In this document: in pieces, positions 8,135 to 17,334 of the stretch
How the letters are laid out: the number at the start of each line of letters is the position of its first letter
Position numbering within the stretch: the stretch's first letter is position 1
IMG/VR virus record: IMGVR_UViG_3300027708_000002
Length of the DNA: 64,000 bases
From: an uncultured virus (IMG/VR IMGVR_UViG_3300027708_000002)
Taxonomy: Duplodnaviria; Heunggongvirae; Uroviricota; Caudoviricetes
Direction: 5' to 3' (one strand)
The notes under the pieces: generated by a model
Told to the model about the DNA's origin: nothing
Seen by the model: the letters and a program-made list of their open reading frames with translations, nothing else
The model's database searches: none
Translations under genes and position numbers: made by a program

Positions 8135-9963
8135 TCTCCATAAGATTTGCCACTGCCCGACTCACAATTAACTGGTAACCCTGTCGCCCACTCAGGCACC
8201 CACCGCATGCACTCTTCAACGTACTGCGTTGCAGGTACAACTTCCGCGTCGGGTACACATACAGCAATCGCGTCATGTACTGTTAGCACAACCTTGTACC
8301 GCCTACCAATCTTCAGCATCTGCTCAGCTATGATACACCTTGCTATCGCCTGACAGGCATTCTCAATCACCTTACCGCCGTATATACGGGCGCGACCCTT
8401 GCGTATTTTGTAATGAAACTCCACACCCTTCTCGGTCTGGTCAAACTTCAAGTCGTCGTACCGCATCAGTAACCCTGACGGCAACCGTATCGCTGTCTCA
8501 CTAGGTATCACTTCAAGTACGCCTGCACGTCCAAGTGGTGCGTGATCTCCCCGTGACATATTTACAAGAGCGTTCTGCGCCTGACGCCACAACCTGACCA
8601 CAGCATCATTAGTGCGTCGGTAAATGTCAACGATGCGTTTAGCCTCGTCTGCATCCACCTCGACACCCATAGTCTTAAGTTGGGCTTGGAACTTCACTGC
8701 ACCCATGCCGTACCCTGCGCCAAGAATCGTGGTCTTACCCACGAACCGCTCTTCCTTGCTGATCTCGAACTCGGGCTTGCCGTAGATAGCCGAAGCCATC
8801 TTCTTGTACACGTCCTTACCCTCAGCAAAAGCTGTTACCAAGTCATCTTGCCCCGCCAGCCATGCCAGCACCCGCGCCTCAATCTGTGCAGAGTCCGCAT
8901 CAATGATGGTGTAGCCCTCGGGCGCAATGATTGACTTCTTCAACTTGTTGGCGTTGTTGCCACGGCTTGGCAAGTTTTGCATGTTGATCTTGTCATCGCC
9001 ACCAAACCGTCCGGTGTGTGCGGCGTAGTAACGGATCGGTACAGGCAAACTACCGCGCTTTGATATGTCAATGAACCGTTGCGTACGTGTCTCTTCAAGT
9101 GTCGATTTCGTACCTAGCCGTGCGGATACAAGGGCTTGCACCTTGGGGTCGTCGTGTTCTGCGAGGGCTTTGAACTCTTCATCACTCTTAGCGAATGCGT
9201 AGGTCTGCTTACCCGTGGCAGGGCTCTCCTTCATAGGGGGCTCAACTCCACACGAGCGCAACAACTCCGCAAACTTGTCATTGCTCATCAACTCTGCCTT
9301 ATCTACACCTGACAGTGCTAGTAGGTCGTCCTTCATCTTCTTAATGCCGATGAGGTGTTGCTGTAGCATGTCACCGTCTAGCTCAAGTACAGGGTCAATA
9401 AACATACGCAGGGTCTGATCAATCACCTTAAGCTCTTGCTTGGGGAATGACTTAGCCATCTTGTGGAACAAGTTGTATGTAAGCTCTACGTCGTTAATAC
9501 AGTAGTCGCCATACCGCGCAAGCTCTTCCTCGGTGAAGTCTACCAACCTCTTCCCAAGCGCATTGACCACCTCCGTACCCTTCTCCCCCAGCCTATACCT
9601 TTCAGCCAACGCTTTAAGCGAACCGCCAACCTCCACACCGTGAACGGCACGGCCCATGCACAGAGTATCAAGCCACCCACGAGGCTCAATACCGAAGCGC
9701 CAAGATAATATAGCCCCATCAAAAAGGGTGTTGTGTGCCAAGACAAGATAGTTCTTCCAATCAAAACTGTCCTGAAGCCACCGTTTAAGTTGTGTATGCG
9801 TACCACTTGCCCACTCCGTTTCTTGGTTGTTAACTTTCACAGATACGCCAATGACTTCAAAGAGGTCAGAGCGTATGTACTCTTCCGTTGTGATCTTAGA
9901 CAGCGAATAGTCGCGGTCGTAATACGTTTCAAAATCTACTGTAATTAAATCCATGTTATGCAC
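8128..9963 (-). CDS. polA: family A DNA polymerase with 3'-5' exonuclease domain
   Basis: VDFET/HNTLFD/YCINDV exonuclease motifs; DSAQIEARVLA (A), RFVGKTTILGAGYG (B), TVHDA (C). Confidence 0.95.
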   Translation of the reverse strand: MHNMDLITVDFETYYDRDYSLSKITTEEYIRSDLFEVIGVSVKVNNQETEWASGTHTQLKRWLQDSFDWKNYLVLAHNTLFDGAILSWRFGIEPRGWLDTLCMGRAVHGVEVGGSLKALAERYRLGEKGTEVVNALGKRLVDFTEEELARYGDYCINDVELTYNLFHKMAKSFPKQELKVIDQTLRMFIDPVLELDGDMLQQHLIGIKKMKDDLLALSGVDKAELMSNDKFAELLRSCGVEPPMKESPATGKQTYAFAKSDEEFKALAEHDDPKVQALVSARLGTKSTLEETRTQRFIDISKRGSLPVPIRYYAAHTGRFGGDDKINMQNLPSRGNNANKLKKSIIAPEGYTIIDADSAQIEARVLAWLAGQDDLVTAFAEGKDVYKKMASAIYGKPEFEISKEERFVGKTTILGAGYGMGAVKFQAQLKTMGVEVDADEAKRIVDIYRRTNDAVVRLWRQAQNALVNMSRGDHAPLGRAGVLEVIPSETAIRLPSGLLMRYDDLKFDQTEKGVEFHYKIRKGRARIYGGKVIENACQAIARCIIAEQMLKIGRRYKVVLTVHDAIAVCVPDAEVVPATQYVEECMRWVPEWATGLPVNCESGSGKSYGDC

Positions 9964-10414
9964 CGTTAGTTGTTAGGGATTTCATAAGTTGGTTGGCAAG
10001 GTACTGCGCAAAGTGCAAATCAATTTCTTCATCAGGCATGACAGGTTCATCAAACACAGTCCTTGCCATTTCACACACGTCCTCAAATACCATCCTCTTC
10101 AAACCAAGCAGTTGAAACTTCTTGTCGGTCTCACGCCTCATGTATACCTTGTTCCAACCACAAGCGTGTCTATAGCACAAGCGTGGTGACGTATGTTCCC
10201 TGTGCGCAAACCCACTAACAACATCCTTGACTTTACGGAGGGTATCGGTATCACCCCTGCCGCATATGTCACACACTATGCCTGTTGGTTTACGTACGTG
10301 CTGCTTGTACACGGCATCAATCTCCTTGACTAGAGCAAGTATCTTCTCCCTAGTCTCACCATGTACATGTGGCCTGTCAGTCTGTTGCATGAAGTCAAGC
10401 GCCGACTTAAGCAT
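9956..10414 (-). CDS. hypothetical protein
   Basis: 152 aa with CDIC...C..HAC. Confidence 0.55.
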   Translation of the reverse strand: MLKSALDFMQQTDRPHVHGETREKILALVKEIDAVYKQHVRKPTGIVCDICGRGDTDTLRKVKDVVSGFAHREHTSPRLCYRHACGWNKVYMRRETDKKFQLLGLKRMVFEDVCEMARTVFDEPVMPDEEIDLHFAQYLANQLMKSLTTNGA

Positions 10415-10667
10415 GCTTTTCTTTCTTGCCTATGGGTATGCCACTAGCCGTTAAAGCCAGCGGTGTAAAACGCAGACCTGCTTTGTGGAATGTAGCAGCC
10501 TCAATCTCAAGCTTCTTAGTGTTGATAATCTGCACCGCTAGTTTTGCCACGGCTGACGCTCGGTGTGAATCGCTGAGTCCGTTGCGTAGCAAGTCGAACT
10601 CCTCGAACAGCGCATCACAAAGCCCTGCGCTAGTTTTTTCTGTTAATTTAATTAGTTTGTTACTCAT
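10407..10667 (-). CDS. hypothetical protein
   Basis: coupled ORF. Confidence 0.55.
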   Translation of the reverse strand: MSNKLIKLTEKTSAGLCDALFEEFDLLRNGLSDSHRASAVAKLAVQIINTKKLEIEAATFHKAGLRFTPLALTASGIPIGKKEKHA

Positions 10668-10870
10668 GCTTGTCCCCCAGTTGATTCGGCGTTTTCCTTA
10701 AATGCCAGCTTAGACACCGCCAAGATTCGGGCTAGTGCTACTCTGAATTGTGCGTTCTCTTCTTTCACGGTGCTAAGCTCCTGCTGTAGCTGTGCTATAT
10801 GTTCTTTCATTTCTTTGTTCTCTTGTGTTAGGTCTGCAAGCGTCATTACGTTGCGCAGTGCGTCGTACAT
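10664..10870 (-). CDS. coiled-coil hypothetical protein
   Basis: heptad pattern; GGAG RBS. Confidence 0.5.
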   Translation of the reverse strand: MYDALRNVMTLADLTQENKEMKEHIAQLQQELSTVKEENAQFRVALARILAVSKLAFKENAESTGGQA

Positions 10871-11039
10871 TGGTTACTCCTAAGTTGGGTGTAAGCCGCT
10901 CAAGATCTTCTTGTAGCATCTCAACGGTCTTAAATTTATGTTCGTTAGCACACAGGTGCGTCCGTCTTTTGGTGTTATCTAAGCGCATGCGTGTCTCCAA
11001 GACACTAGCCCATGCGCCGCATACTGGGCAGTTAATCAT
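10773..11039 (-). CDS. Zn-ribbon protein (resembles NrdR N-terminus)
   Basis: CPVCG...VLETR...RRTHLCANEHKFKTVE. Confidence 0.6.
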   Translation of the reverse strand: MINCPVCGAWASVLETRMRLDNTKRRTHLCANEHKFKTVEMLQEDLERLTPNLGVTNVRRTAQRNDACRPNTREQRNERTYSTATAGA

Positions 11040-11350
11040 TTTTTGAATGAGGTGTTAAATGGTAAGCAATGCAAGGTTTGGTATGCGTGGTCGATGTTGT
11101 CCTCATTGATAACCATGGCGATACCGCCCTTGGCTTTGATGCTGTCTAAGTTCTTTTGCTGTAGTGCAGTGGGTTTGTTCTTACCCGCCTTGCACTCAAT
11201 ACCAAAGAACCATCCGTTGTGGCATCCAACAATATCGGGAACACCGCTACCACCATACCCACCAGTAACTGGATAGAAGTAGTAAGCGCCCAACGCTTTA
11301 AGCTGGGCAACCACCCGCTGTTTTACGCGACTTTCGGGAGTCTGTGCCAT
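11036..11350 (-). CDS. VRR-NUC domain nuclease (putative Holliday junction resolvase)
   Basis: PESRVK...GVPDIV...IECKAGKNKPTALQ. Confidence 0.85.
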   Translation of the reverse strand: MAQTPESRVKQRVVAQLKALGAYYFYPVTGGYGGSGVPDIVGCHNGWFFGIECKAGKNKPTALQQKNLDSIKAKGGIAMVINEDNIDHAYQTLHCLPFNTSFKK

Positions 11351-11790
11351 TCTTTGTTCCTTTCAAATGTCCCCCATTGCTTCCAGCGCCAATGGGCAAG
11401 TTCTTTTGATATACCGAGCATTGCCGCACACTCGACGAGCGTTCCAGTGAATACCCCCTCCGTGTACCGCTTGGTGGTGGTCTTATTCTTTTGCTGCTCA
11501 CTTCGAGTCGCCCACACACAATTTGCGGGTGAGTACCCCCGACGAGTATTCTTTCGCTCGATACTGTGATCTGCGCTCGGACGTTCTCCCATGTCGGCTA
11601 TGAAGTTTGCGTATGTGTGCCATTGCTTGCAGACGCTTATGCCTTTGGCCCCGTAGTATTCGTACCCGCTAGCTGTAGGGCGATAGCACCGAGCCATCAT
11701 CGTGCGCCATACGTAGTGTTCAGGGCGCTCTTTGCCGCCTAAATACCCACCGTGTTTGGTACGGGCTAACGCCCACTCGGTATCAGCCAC
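11323..11790 (-). CDS. HNH homing endonuclease
   Basis: WRTMMARC...YGAKGISVC..W...F..DMG...SIERKN...YSPANCVWAT..QQKN; likely GTG start at 11790. Confidence 0.8.
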   Translation of the reverse strand: MADTEWALARTKHGGYLGGKERPEHYVWRTMMARCYRPTASGYEYYGAKGISVCKQWHTYANFIADMGERPSADHSIERKNTRRGYSPANCVWATRSEQQKNKTTTKRYTEGVFTGTLVECAAMLGISKELAHWRWKQWGTFERNKEWHRLPKVA

Positions 11791-12160
11791 GGAACCACTC
11801 CTTGATACGTTGCCATAGAGTAGGCTCGACCATGGTGATCTCCAACTCAGTCGGAAGCGTAGGTATTGGGTACACATTCTGTGCGGGGTGTACGTATGGG
11901 CTGGGCTGGGCCTTGATGCCAGTTCCTGCTCTCATGCGGCGCTTGGGTGGCGCACCGATGCCATCAGTAGGTTGCTTTGGCAGTTTGCCAATAGAGCCCA
12001 AACCTCTAGCCTTGTTAAGTTGATACCGTATGTTGTATACGGCTTGTGGGCGAACCCCCAGCTTTTCAACAATAGCTTTGTTGCTGTAACCCTTGTAGAC
12101 CATGGTGCGAATGCGCTGTGAGTCGCTAGGCGTAGTCTTCCGTTTTGTTTTCGTAGTCAT
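11783..12160 (-). CDS. HTH DNA-binding protein
   Basis: GYSNKAIVEKLGVRPQAVYNIR helix-turn-helix pattern. Confidence 0.65.
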   Translation of the reverse strand: MTTKTKRKTTPSDSQRIRTMVYKGYSNKAIVEKLGVRPQAVYNIRYQLNKARGLGSIGKLPKQPTDGIGAPPKRRMRAGTGIKAQPSPYVHPAQNVYPIPTLPTELEITMVEPTLWQRIKEWFRG

Positions 12161-12214
12161 CTTCGTTTCCTATAAGTTAAGTTAAACGGCACGTGAAGCG
12201 CACGTGCCAACGCA

Positions 12215-12673
12215 TCAAGATACGGTCGTGGGTGGGTATACCCAAAACACATCCCTCGATATCCTCCTACCTATACCCGCCACTTCTTTCGTTGGTGGGC
12301 TTGGGCTCGTGATCATTAAAACAGCAAGACGTTCCTGTACCCAGCTAGGTAGATCGTTAGGGGTATCATAGTGCCCATCAATATTTGAGTCAACGTTTTC
12401 TAGCCCAAAACAAATTACATCTACACCATCTGCCGCCGTGCTTACACGGTAGGTCAAGTTTTCTGACATCTTGCTCACAGAGTCCGCCCACACACCGGCT
12501 CTACTAGCCATAAATAGGTCGTACCCATACACAGCCGCCGCCGTTTCCTTACGTTGGCTAGGAGCTAACTCATTAAGCCTAAGCTTTTGAATCATCTTGC
12601 GAGTCATAGACGTACCTGTGTTTACCTTAGTAGGGTTACTAAGCATAGTTAGAACTAAACGTTTTGGAGTCAT
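12215..12673 (-). CDS. hypothetical protein
   Basis: ATGA-coupled; C-terminal LPSWVQERLAVL...GIGRR resembles the C-terminus of the upstream gene. Confidence 0.55.
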   Translation of the reverse strand: MTPKRLVLTMLSNPTKVNTGTSMTRKMIQKLRLNELAPSQRKETAAAVYGYDLFMASRAGVWADSVSKMSENLTYRVSTAADGVDVICFGLENVDSNIDGHYDTPNDLPSWVQERLAVLMITSPSPPTKEVAGIGRRISRDVFWVYPPTTVS

Positions 12674-13608
12674 TGTTGCACCCAAAAGGTTGTACTGTCC
12701 ACCCGCATTCCTACATCACGCACAAAGTGGTTGTTGTCCACCATACTCAATGCGGCAACCGCCCCTGCAATGTTGTCAGGCAGTTCACTCATCTTGTATG
12801 TTGCTACCGGCACAGCGCGATCTACAGCCCAGCGACTTGTTATGTCTAGCGCCTCGATCACATCACACACCATCTCGTCCTGCTGTATACGTGCCGTCAC
12901 GTAGTATCCATGCTTGGCGCGGGCTTTCTCAGCCTCACGCGCTAAAACATCTTCACGCCACTTGACTACGTGGTTGCGAAACTCCGGCGATACAAACTCA
13001 TACCCTGCGTCTAGTAGATGGAACAACTCACGCTGTAAGCTTTCCGTACCAATCACACTCTGCCTAGCCGTAACAACGGCTTCCTGTTGGGTAGAGCCTA
13101 CTACTTCTAAGTTATTTTTAAACAAGTAGTATGTTAAGTTAGCACACTCGACCACAGAGTACGGAATCATGTAACGCTTGACGTTCTTAATCGCACGTTC
13201 CAAGTCCTCCGCTGTTGCCATGGTGTACTGATCACGGTCAGGTCTATACTTTTGGTTGTTGATCATCCGTGCCTGTACCATGTACTTAGACCGCCCACTA
13301 CGCCGCTTGTCTGAGTAGTCGCCAAACCCCACACACATCACGGCATACGGCTGACCTTCAAAGTATGCATACACTTCCGTGCATACGTGGCGTAAAGATG
13401 TGCGACTATCAACACCAAACTTAATGTGGCGGCTTACCTTACGGATTGCCGCGCAAAACGCCGCCAACTGTGGTACGACAGCTATGCCGTCTACCTTATC
13501 AACAGGCGGGTCATTCTCATTCACAGTCTCGACCCAATTGGCTAATCGAGCTAAATAATCTTTAGTAGCTCGCTCTATCTTAGCTACTGATATATGTTTA
13601 AAAGCCAT
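12670..13608 (-). CDS. hypothetical protein
   Basis: 312 aa ORF in operon. Confidence 0.65.
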   Translation of the reverse strand: MAFKHISVAKIERATKDYLARLANWVETVNENDPPVDKVDGIAVVPQLAAFCAAIRKVSRHIKFGVDSRTSLRHVCTEVYAYFEGQPYAVMCVGFGDYSDKRRSGRSKYMVQARMINNQKYRPDRDQYTMATAEDLERAIKNVKRYMIPYSVVECANLTYYLFKNNLEVVGSTQQEAVVTARQSVIGTESLQRELFHLLDAGYEFVSPEFRNHVVKWREDVLAREAEKARAKHGYYVTARIQQDEMVCDVIEALDITSRWAVDRAVPVATYKMSELPDNIAGAVAALSMVDNNHFVRDVGMRVDSTTFWVQQ

Positions 13609-13609
13609 C

Positions 13610-14551
13610 TTATATCTCCTTTGTTTCGTACATACCTAACAACGTGTTCATCTTGCGGTTGAACGCCGCACGGATCTCGCGCAATACATCTTGTGAAGTG
13701 ACCGGACGCTTACCACCAATCTCGTACACTACCAACGCCATCAGCGGTACACGCATCGGATGTGCCTCATCTGCCACGATAGCCCTTGCAAGCTCTTGTG
13801 GGAACACGCCATTCCTACCCCATGGGGAGTAATTAAACACACTATTGGGCATGTTCTCTCTGCTCCACTCTGTGATCATGTGTCCATACAAAGTCCGCGA
13901 TTCATACGATGTATCCAGCATAGAAGCTAACGCCCCTGCATGGTCATAGAACGCATTGATCATGGGCTTCCACTGCTTCTTACGTTCTCTGTCTATCTGC
14001 TTCACCGTAACCGTGAACTGCTCACCCTCACGTGTGAACGTGCCATCACCGTTTACCTTGAACCGCAGTCGCTTGCCATCATCCTCGGTCGCCGCACCTT
14101 TTGGGTATTCCCAACGATACGCAGTCTTAGGTAAGGGAAAGTCCTCATACCCTGTCGGTGTCTTAGCGGATACCCCGTGCTTACCCTGCTGGCTGCTCCT
14201 GAACCGCAGTCCTGTAGGCAGATACCACTGTAAGAACTTATACCGTGCGATAGGTACTGACCCTATTACGCCATTGCGTATGTAGATGTAGTCGCCATCA
14301 GCCTCACGCTTCCACATGATCGGTGCCATGTCTTGCTCATACTGCTTCTTCGCTTGTTTTTCCCCACTATGCCAACTCCACAGGCCATCGAGTAGGCAGT
14401 ATGTCTCAGCGTCCACCTTGAGAATGCGCTCCCACTTACGCTTGCGGCTACCGATAGGGCGAATGTTGTCCTCTGCCTTGTGGTGTTTACTTACGACAGG
14501 CTTGGTTATGTTGTACCAATTAACCACTTCATCAAATGTATTTAATATCAT
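13610..14551 (-). CDS. hypothetical protein
   Basis: 313 aa ORF; leader AAGGAACGAAG-ATG. Confidence 0.65.
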   Translation of the reverse strand: MILNTFDEVVNWYNITKPVVSKHHKAEDNIRPIGSRKRKWERILKVDAETYCLLDGLWSWHSGEKQAKKQYEQDMAPIMWKREADGDYIYIRNGVIGSVPIARYKFLQWYLPTGLRFRSSQQGKHGVSAKTPTGYEDFPLPKTAYRWEYPKGAATEDDGKRLRFKVNGDGTFTREGEQFTVTVKQIDRERKKQWKPMINAFYDHAGALASMLDTSYESRTLYGHMITEWSRENMPNSVFNYSPWGRNGVFPQELARAIVADEAHPMRVPLMALVVYEIGGKRPVTSQDVLREIRAAFNRKMNTLLGMYETKEI

Positions 14552-14587
14552 CTTCGTTCCTTTTAAGGTTTAGGTTTGGTTTGTTTT

Positions 14588-14604
14588 GTTAGGGATTCCC
14601 TAAC
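14588..14604. promoter_or_regulatory. 17-bp palindrome (operator-like), copy 1
   Basis: GTTAGGGATTCCCTAAC, intergenic. Confidence 0.75.
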
Positions 14605-14607
14605 ACG

Positions 14608-14805
14608 TTAAGCGCGTCTATTCCACAGGCGCACTGCTTCTTCCCGTGTACGCCCCATGCACTCGACAGGTTTGAGCACAGGCTTGCCCCCATCTTTGCA
14701 CCAGTGCAACACGGATACAGAGAACACACCCGCCGTCGAGTTGCGCTCACGTATCTCTACTTCATGCCCACCACAGAACGGGCAGGGTTTCATCTCGTTA
14801 CTCAT
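14608..14805 (-). CDS. Lar-family (restriction alleviation-like) Zn-finger protein
   Basis: KPCPFCGG...C...EAVRLWNRR. Confidence 0.65.
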   Translation of the reverse strand: MSNEMKPCPFCGGHEVEIRERNSTAGVFSVSVLHWCKDGGKPVLKPVECMGRTREEAVRLWNRRA

Positions 14806-14806
14806 C

Positions 14807-15985
14807 TCAGTCCTCCACATGTACATATTTACCAACATCAGGGCAAGCACTCTTGTTACCCACGATGCACCACAGCACGGGGCAAGCCCACGTACCCCAC
14901 GAATTACCTAAGTAGCCATCAGTCAGCACCACCACCGCTTGCGGCTTAATACCACCGTCTGCCATGTACTTGGGCACACACTCCACAGTCGTACCACCAC
15001 CGCCCTCGGGCTTGGTCGAGTCCACAATGTGTTCAATCTCCATACCGGTGTACCGCTCATCAGCACACACCTCGGTATCCCAGTACAACAGCCGCACGGT
15101 TTCAGGCTTAACCTGATCACAGATACCCTTGACCTCGCCAAGAAACTGTGCCAACTCACGCCCACCGATAGAGCCCGATGTGTCGATAGCAATTACAAGT
15201 TCACCCACCTGTTCACTCACACCCGATGGCATGTAATAGCCCGATGACACAAACCTACGGTTGGGCCGCCGCCATGTTGAGTAATCGTTACCTGTACATG
15301 TTGTGGAGATGAACTCCCGCAGTGCTTCACGCCAGTCGATCTTTGTCTGTAACAAGTCATCGAACAAACGATCACCACCTGAGCCAAGCTTGCCAGCCGC
15401 TAGTGCGCCTTGACGTACTGCTTCGTCAATGTCACGTGCTAACTGCTTACCTTCCTCGTCAGACAGTTCACTCGCGCCGTCCCAGTCGTGGTCGTCGATG
15501 CCAGTTCCATCGCCCCTGCCTCGACCGCCGCCCTCGTCCTGATCTTGCTTCAACAAGTTGTACACCTGTGCGCTGTCCATACCACGAAACTGTGGATCTA
15601 CCAGCCCGACCTCGGGCATGACGGCGAACCCGTCCTTGTTGTCGTCAGTCAGCTTGATGTTGATCACGTAGTCACATGCTTGGTTGGCAAGCCTTGCATC
15701 CTCATCGTACAGATGACGCCATGTAGTCAGGTGTCTGTACAACTTGTGATAGCACTCGTGCAGCACAAGGAACCGCAACTCTGCATCAGTCAGGGATTCA
15801 ATGAACTTACGACCATACAACTCGTCACGCCCATTAGTGCATGCGGTTGGTACTTTGTCGTCCACCGAACGTTTACCGATCATCAACACACCAGCAAGGG
15901 CGACATACTTGGGCGAACCCATGATGTCAACCACCGCTTTACTCAGCCGCTGTTCAGCGGTCAACTCTTTACCTATCATTAACAT
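14807..15985 (-). CDS. DUF2201-like metallopeptidase plus VWA domain protein
   Basis: TACTNG, LVLHECYH (HExxH), IDTSGS MIDAS, GGGT, LTDG. Confidence 0.85.
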   Translation of the reverse strand: MLMIGKELTAEQRLSKAVVDIMGSPKYVALAGVLMIGKRSVDDKVPTACTNGRDELYGRKFIESLTDAELRFLVLHECYHKLYRHLTTWRHLYDEDARLANQACDYVINIKLTDDNKDGFAVMPEVGLVDPQFRGMDSAQVYNLLKQDQDEGGGRGRGDGTGIDDHDWDGASELSDEEGKQLARDIDEAVRQGALAAGKLGSGGDRLFDDLLQTKIDWREALREFISTTCTGNDYSTWRRPNRRFVSSGYYMPSGVSEQVGELVIAIDTSGSIGGRELAQFLGEVKGICDQVKPETVRLLYWDTEVCADERYTGMEIEHIVDSTKPEGGGGTTVECVPKYMADGGIKPQAVVVLTDGYLGNSWGTWACPVLWCIVGNKSACPDVGKYVHVED

Positions 15986-15986
15986 T

Positions 15987-16157
15987 TCATTCTCCTGTTA
16001 TTTCTTCGACATCGTAGGCTTGGCACTCGCTTGAGTACGTCACCTTGCTTTGGTCAAATGATTCATACATCTTCATCTCTGCCTCATCTTGCGTTTCGGC
16101 TTCGACTTCGACCTCTTGGGTGTATGACACCACCACTGTGCCTCTCCATCGTTTCAT
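15987..16157 (-). CDS. small acidic protein (56 aa, not in ORF track)
   Basis: read by hand: MKRWRGTVVVSYTQEVEVEAETQDEAE...; AAAGGA RBS. Confidence 0.5.
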   Translation of the reverse strand: MKRWRGTVVVSYTQEVEVEAETQDEAEMKMYESFDQSKVTYSSECQAYDVEEITGE

Positions 16158-16172
16158 GTTGTGTCCTTTCTT

Positions 16173-16189
16173 GTTAGGGATTCCCTAAC
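16173..16189. promoter_or_regulatory. 17-bp palindrome, copy 2
   Basis: GTTAGGGATTCCCTAAC, intergenic. Confidence 0.75.
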
Positions 16190-17281
16190 TTATTTCTTGT
16201 CCGCCGCGAACATGTAGTTGTTCTGCATCGCCCACGCTGTGAACTTCTTGTTGGTCATGACCACAGACTGCTTGGCGTACTTGGGGCTACGCACACCGTT
16301 GGCGAACATACCCTGTGCTTCCTTGTCAAGGCGCATCATGTAGTCCATCCATGCATCAATCCAATCACGGTCGATCACAGACAACGCACGGTACACAACC
16401 ATACATACAGCCGCCGCACTGTCCGGCACCTTGGCATTCATCGGGTCTTTCTTGATTGACTCAAGGCTAGGCAACTGATCAGCCAACTTCACGAACGCCA
16501 TCAGATCCATAGCACCGCGCTCACCGATAGTGCCCATTAACAAGGCAGTAAGGGTTTGGTCGTCCACACCCTCGCGCCCCTTCAGCCAATCCGATGCGGC
16601 TTCGAGAGAACGTGGCGTAACAAACGCTGTGCGCTGTTGCTTGGGGTGGTAGATGTAGGGATTCTGTTCAGGGTCTTTCACGTCCTCGAACGAATGAAAC
16701 AACTGAGGGTTGTCCTTGCACCAGCCCAGCAATGTGTGATCAACACCATTGTTCACACCCCACTCGATCCACTCCATGTTTGACGGCTTGCGGCTTGTGA
16801 CCACAGTCATACGGTTACGTGCATGTGGAGGGAGCAGGTCGCCCACGCCCTCTGCCCCTAAGTTAGTGGTCGCAAACACAACAGACTTATCTGATAGTGT
16901 GTATCCACCCATCTTGCGTTCGAGGAGCAGTCGGAGCATGGCATTCTTCACGGCGGGGTTAGCCTTGCCGTACTCGTCCACCATCAAGATGATGTCTTTC
17001 CCTAAGTGCAAGCCGAGTTCTTCGTTGGTCACGTAGCGTACGTACCCTTGCTCGTCGATAGTCTGCAACTGAGGGATAGTGATGTCGCCCAAGTCCTTGG
17101 TCGTGCAGTCAAAGTAGCACATCGTATGGTTAGGCAGGGCTTTGCCCAAGGTCTTGAGCAGAGATGATTTACCTGTACCCATGTGACCCTGCACCAGTAT
17201 GGTGCGCTTGTTGCCGCCGATGCGGATGGCAGTCTCGATTTGGTCGAGGCCGAGTGCGTACATTGCGATAGCTTGATTCAT
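16190..17281 (-). CDS. MoxR-like AAA+ ATPase
   Basis: GHMGTGKS Walker A, LMVDE Walker B, ATTN, TPRS; adjacent to the VWA gene. Confidence 0.85.
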   Translation of the reverse strand: MNQAIAMYALGLDQIETAIRIGGNKRTILVQGHMGTGKSSLLKTLGKALPNHTMCYFDCTTKDLGDITIPQLQTIDEQGYVRYVTNEELGLHLGKDIILMVDEYGKANPAVKNAMLRLLLERKMGGYTLSDKSVVFATTNLGAEGVGDLLPPHARNRMTVVTSRKPSNMEWIEWGVNNGVDHTLLGWCKDNPQLFHSFEDVKDPEQNPYIYHPKQQRTAFVTPRSLEAASDWLKGREGVDDQTLTALLMGTIGERGAMDLMAFVKLADQLPSLESIKKDPMNAKVPDSAAAVCMVVYRALSVIDRDWIDAWMDYMMRLDKEAQGMFANGVRSPKYAKQSVVMTNKKFTAWAMQNNYMFAADKK

Positions 17282-17314
17282 GATGTTTGTTCCAGTTAAG
17301 TTAAGTTAAGTTAA

Positions 17315-17331
17315 GTTAGGGATTCCCTAAC
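17315..17331. promoter_or_regulatory. 17-bp palindrome, copy 3, preceded by (GTTAA)4 at 17295-17314
   Basis: GTTAGGGATTCCCTAAC. Confidence 0.75.
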
Positions 17332-17334
17332 AAG

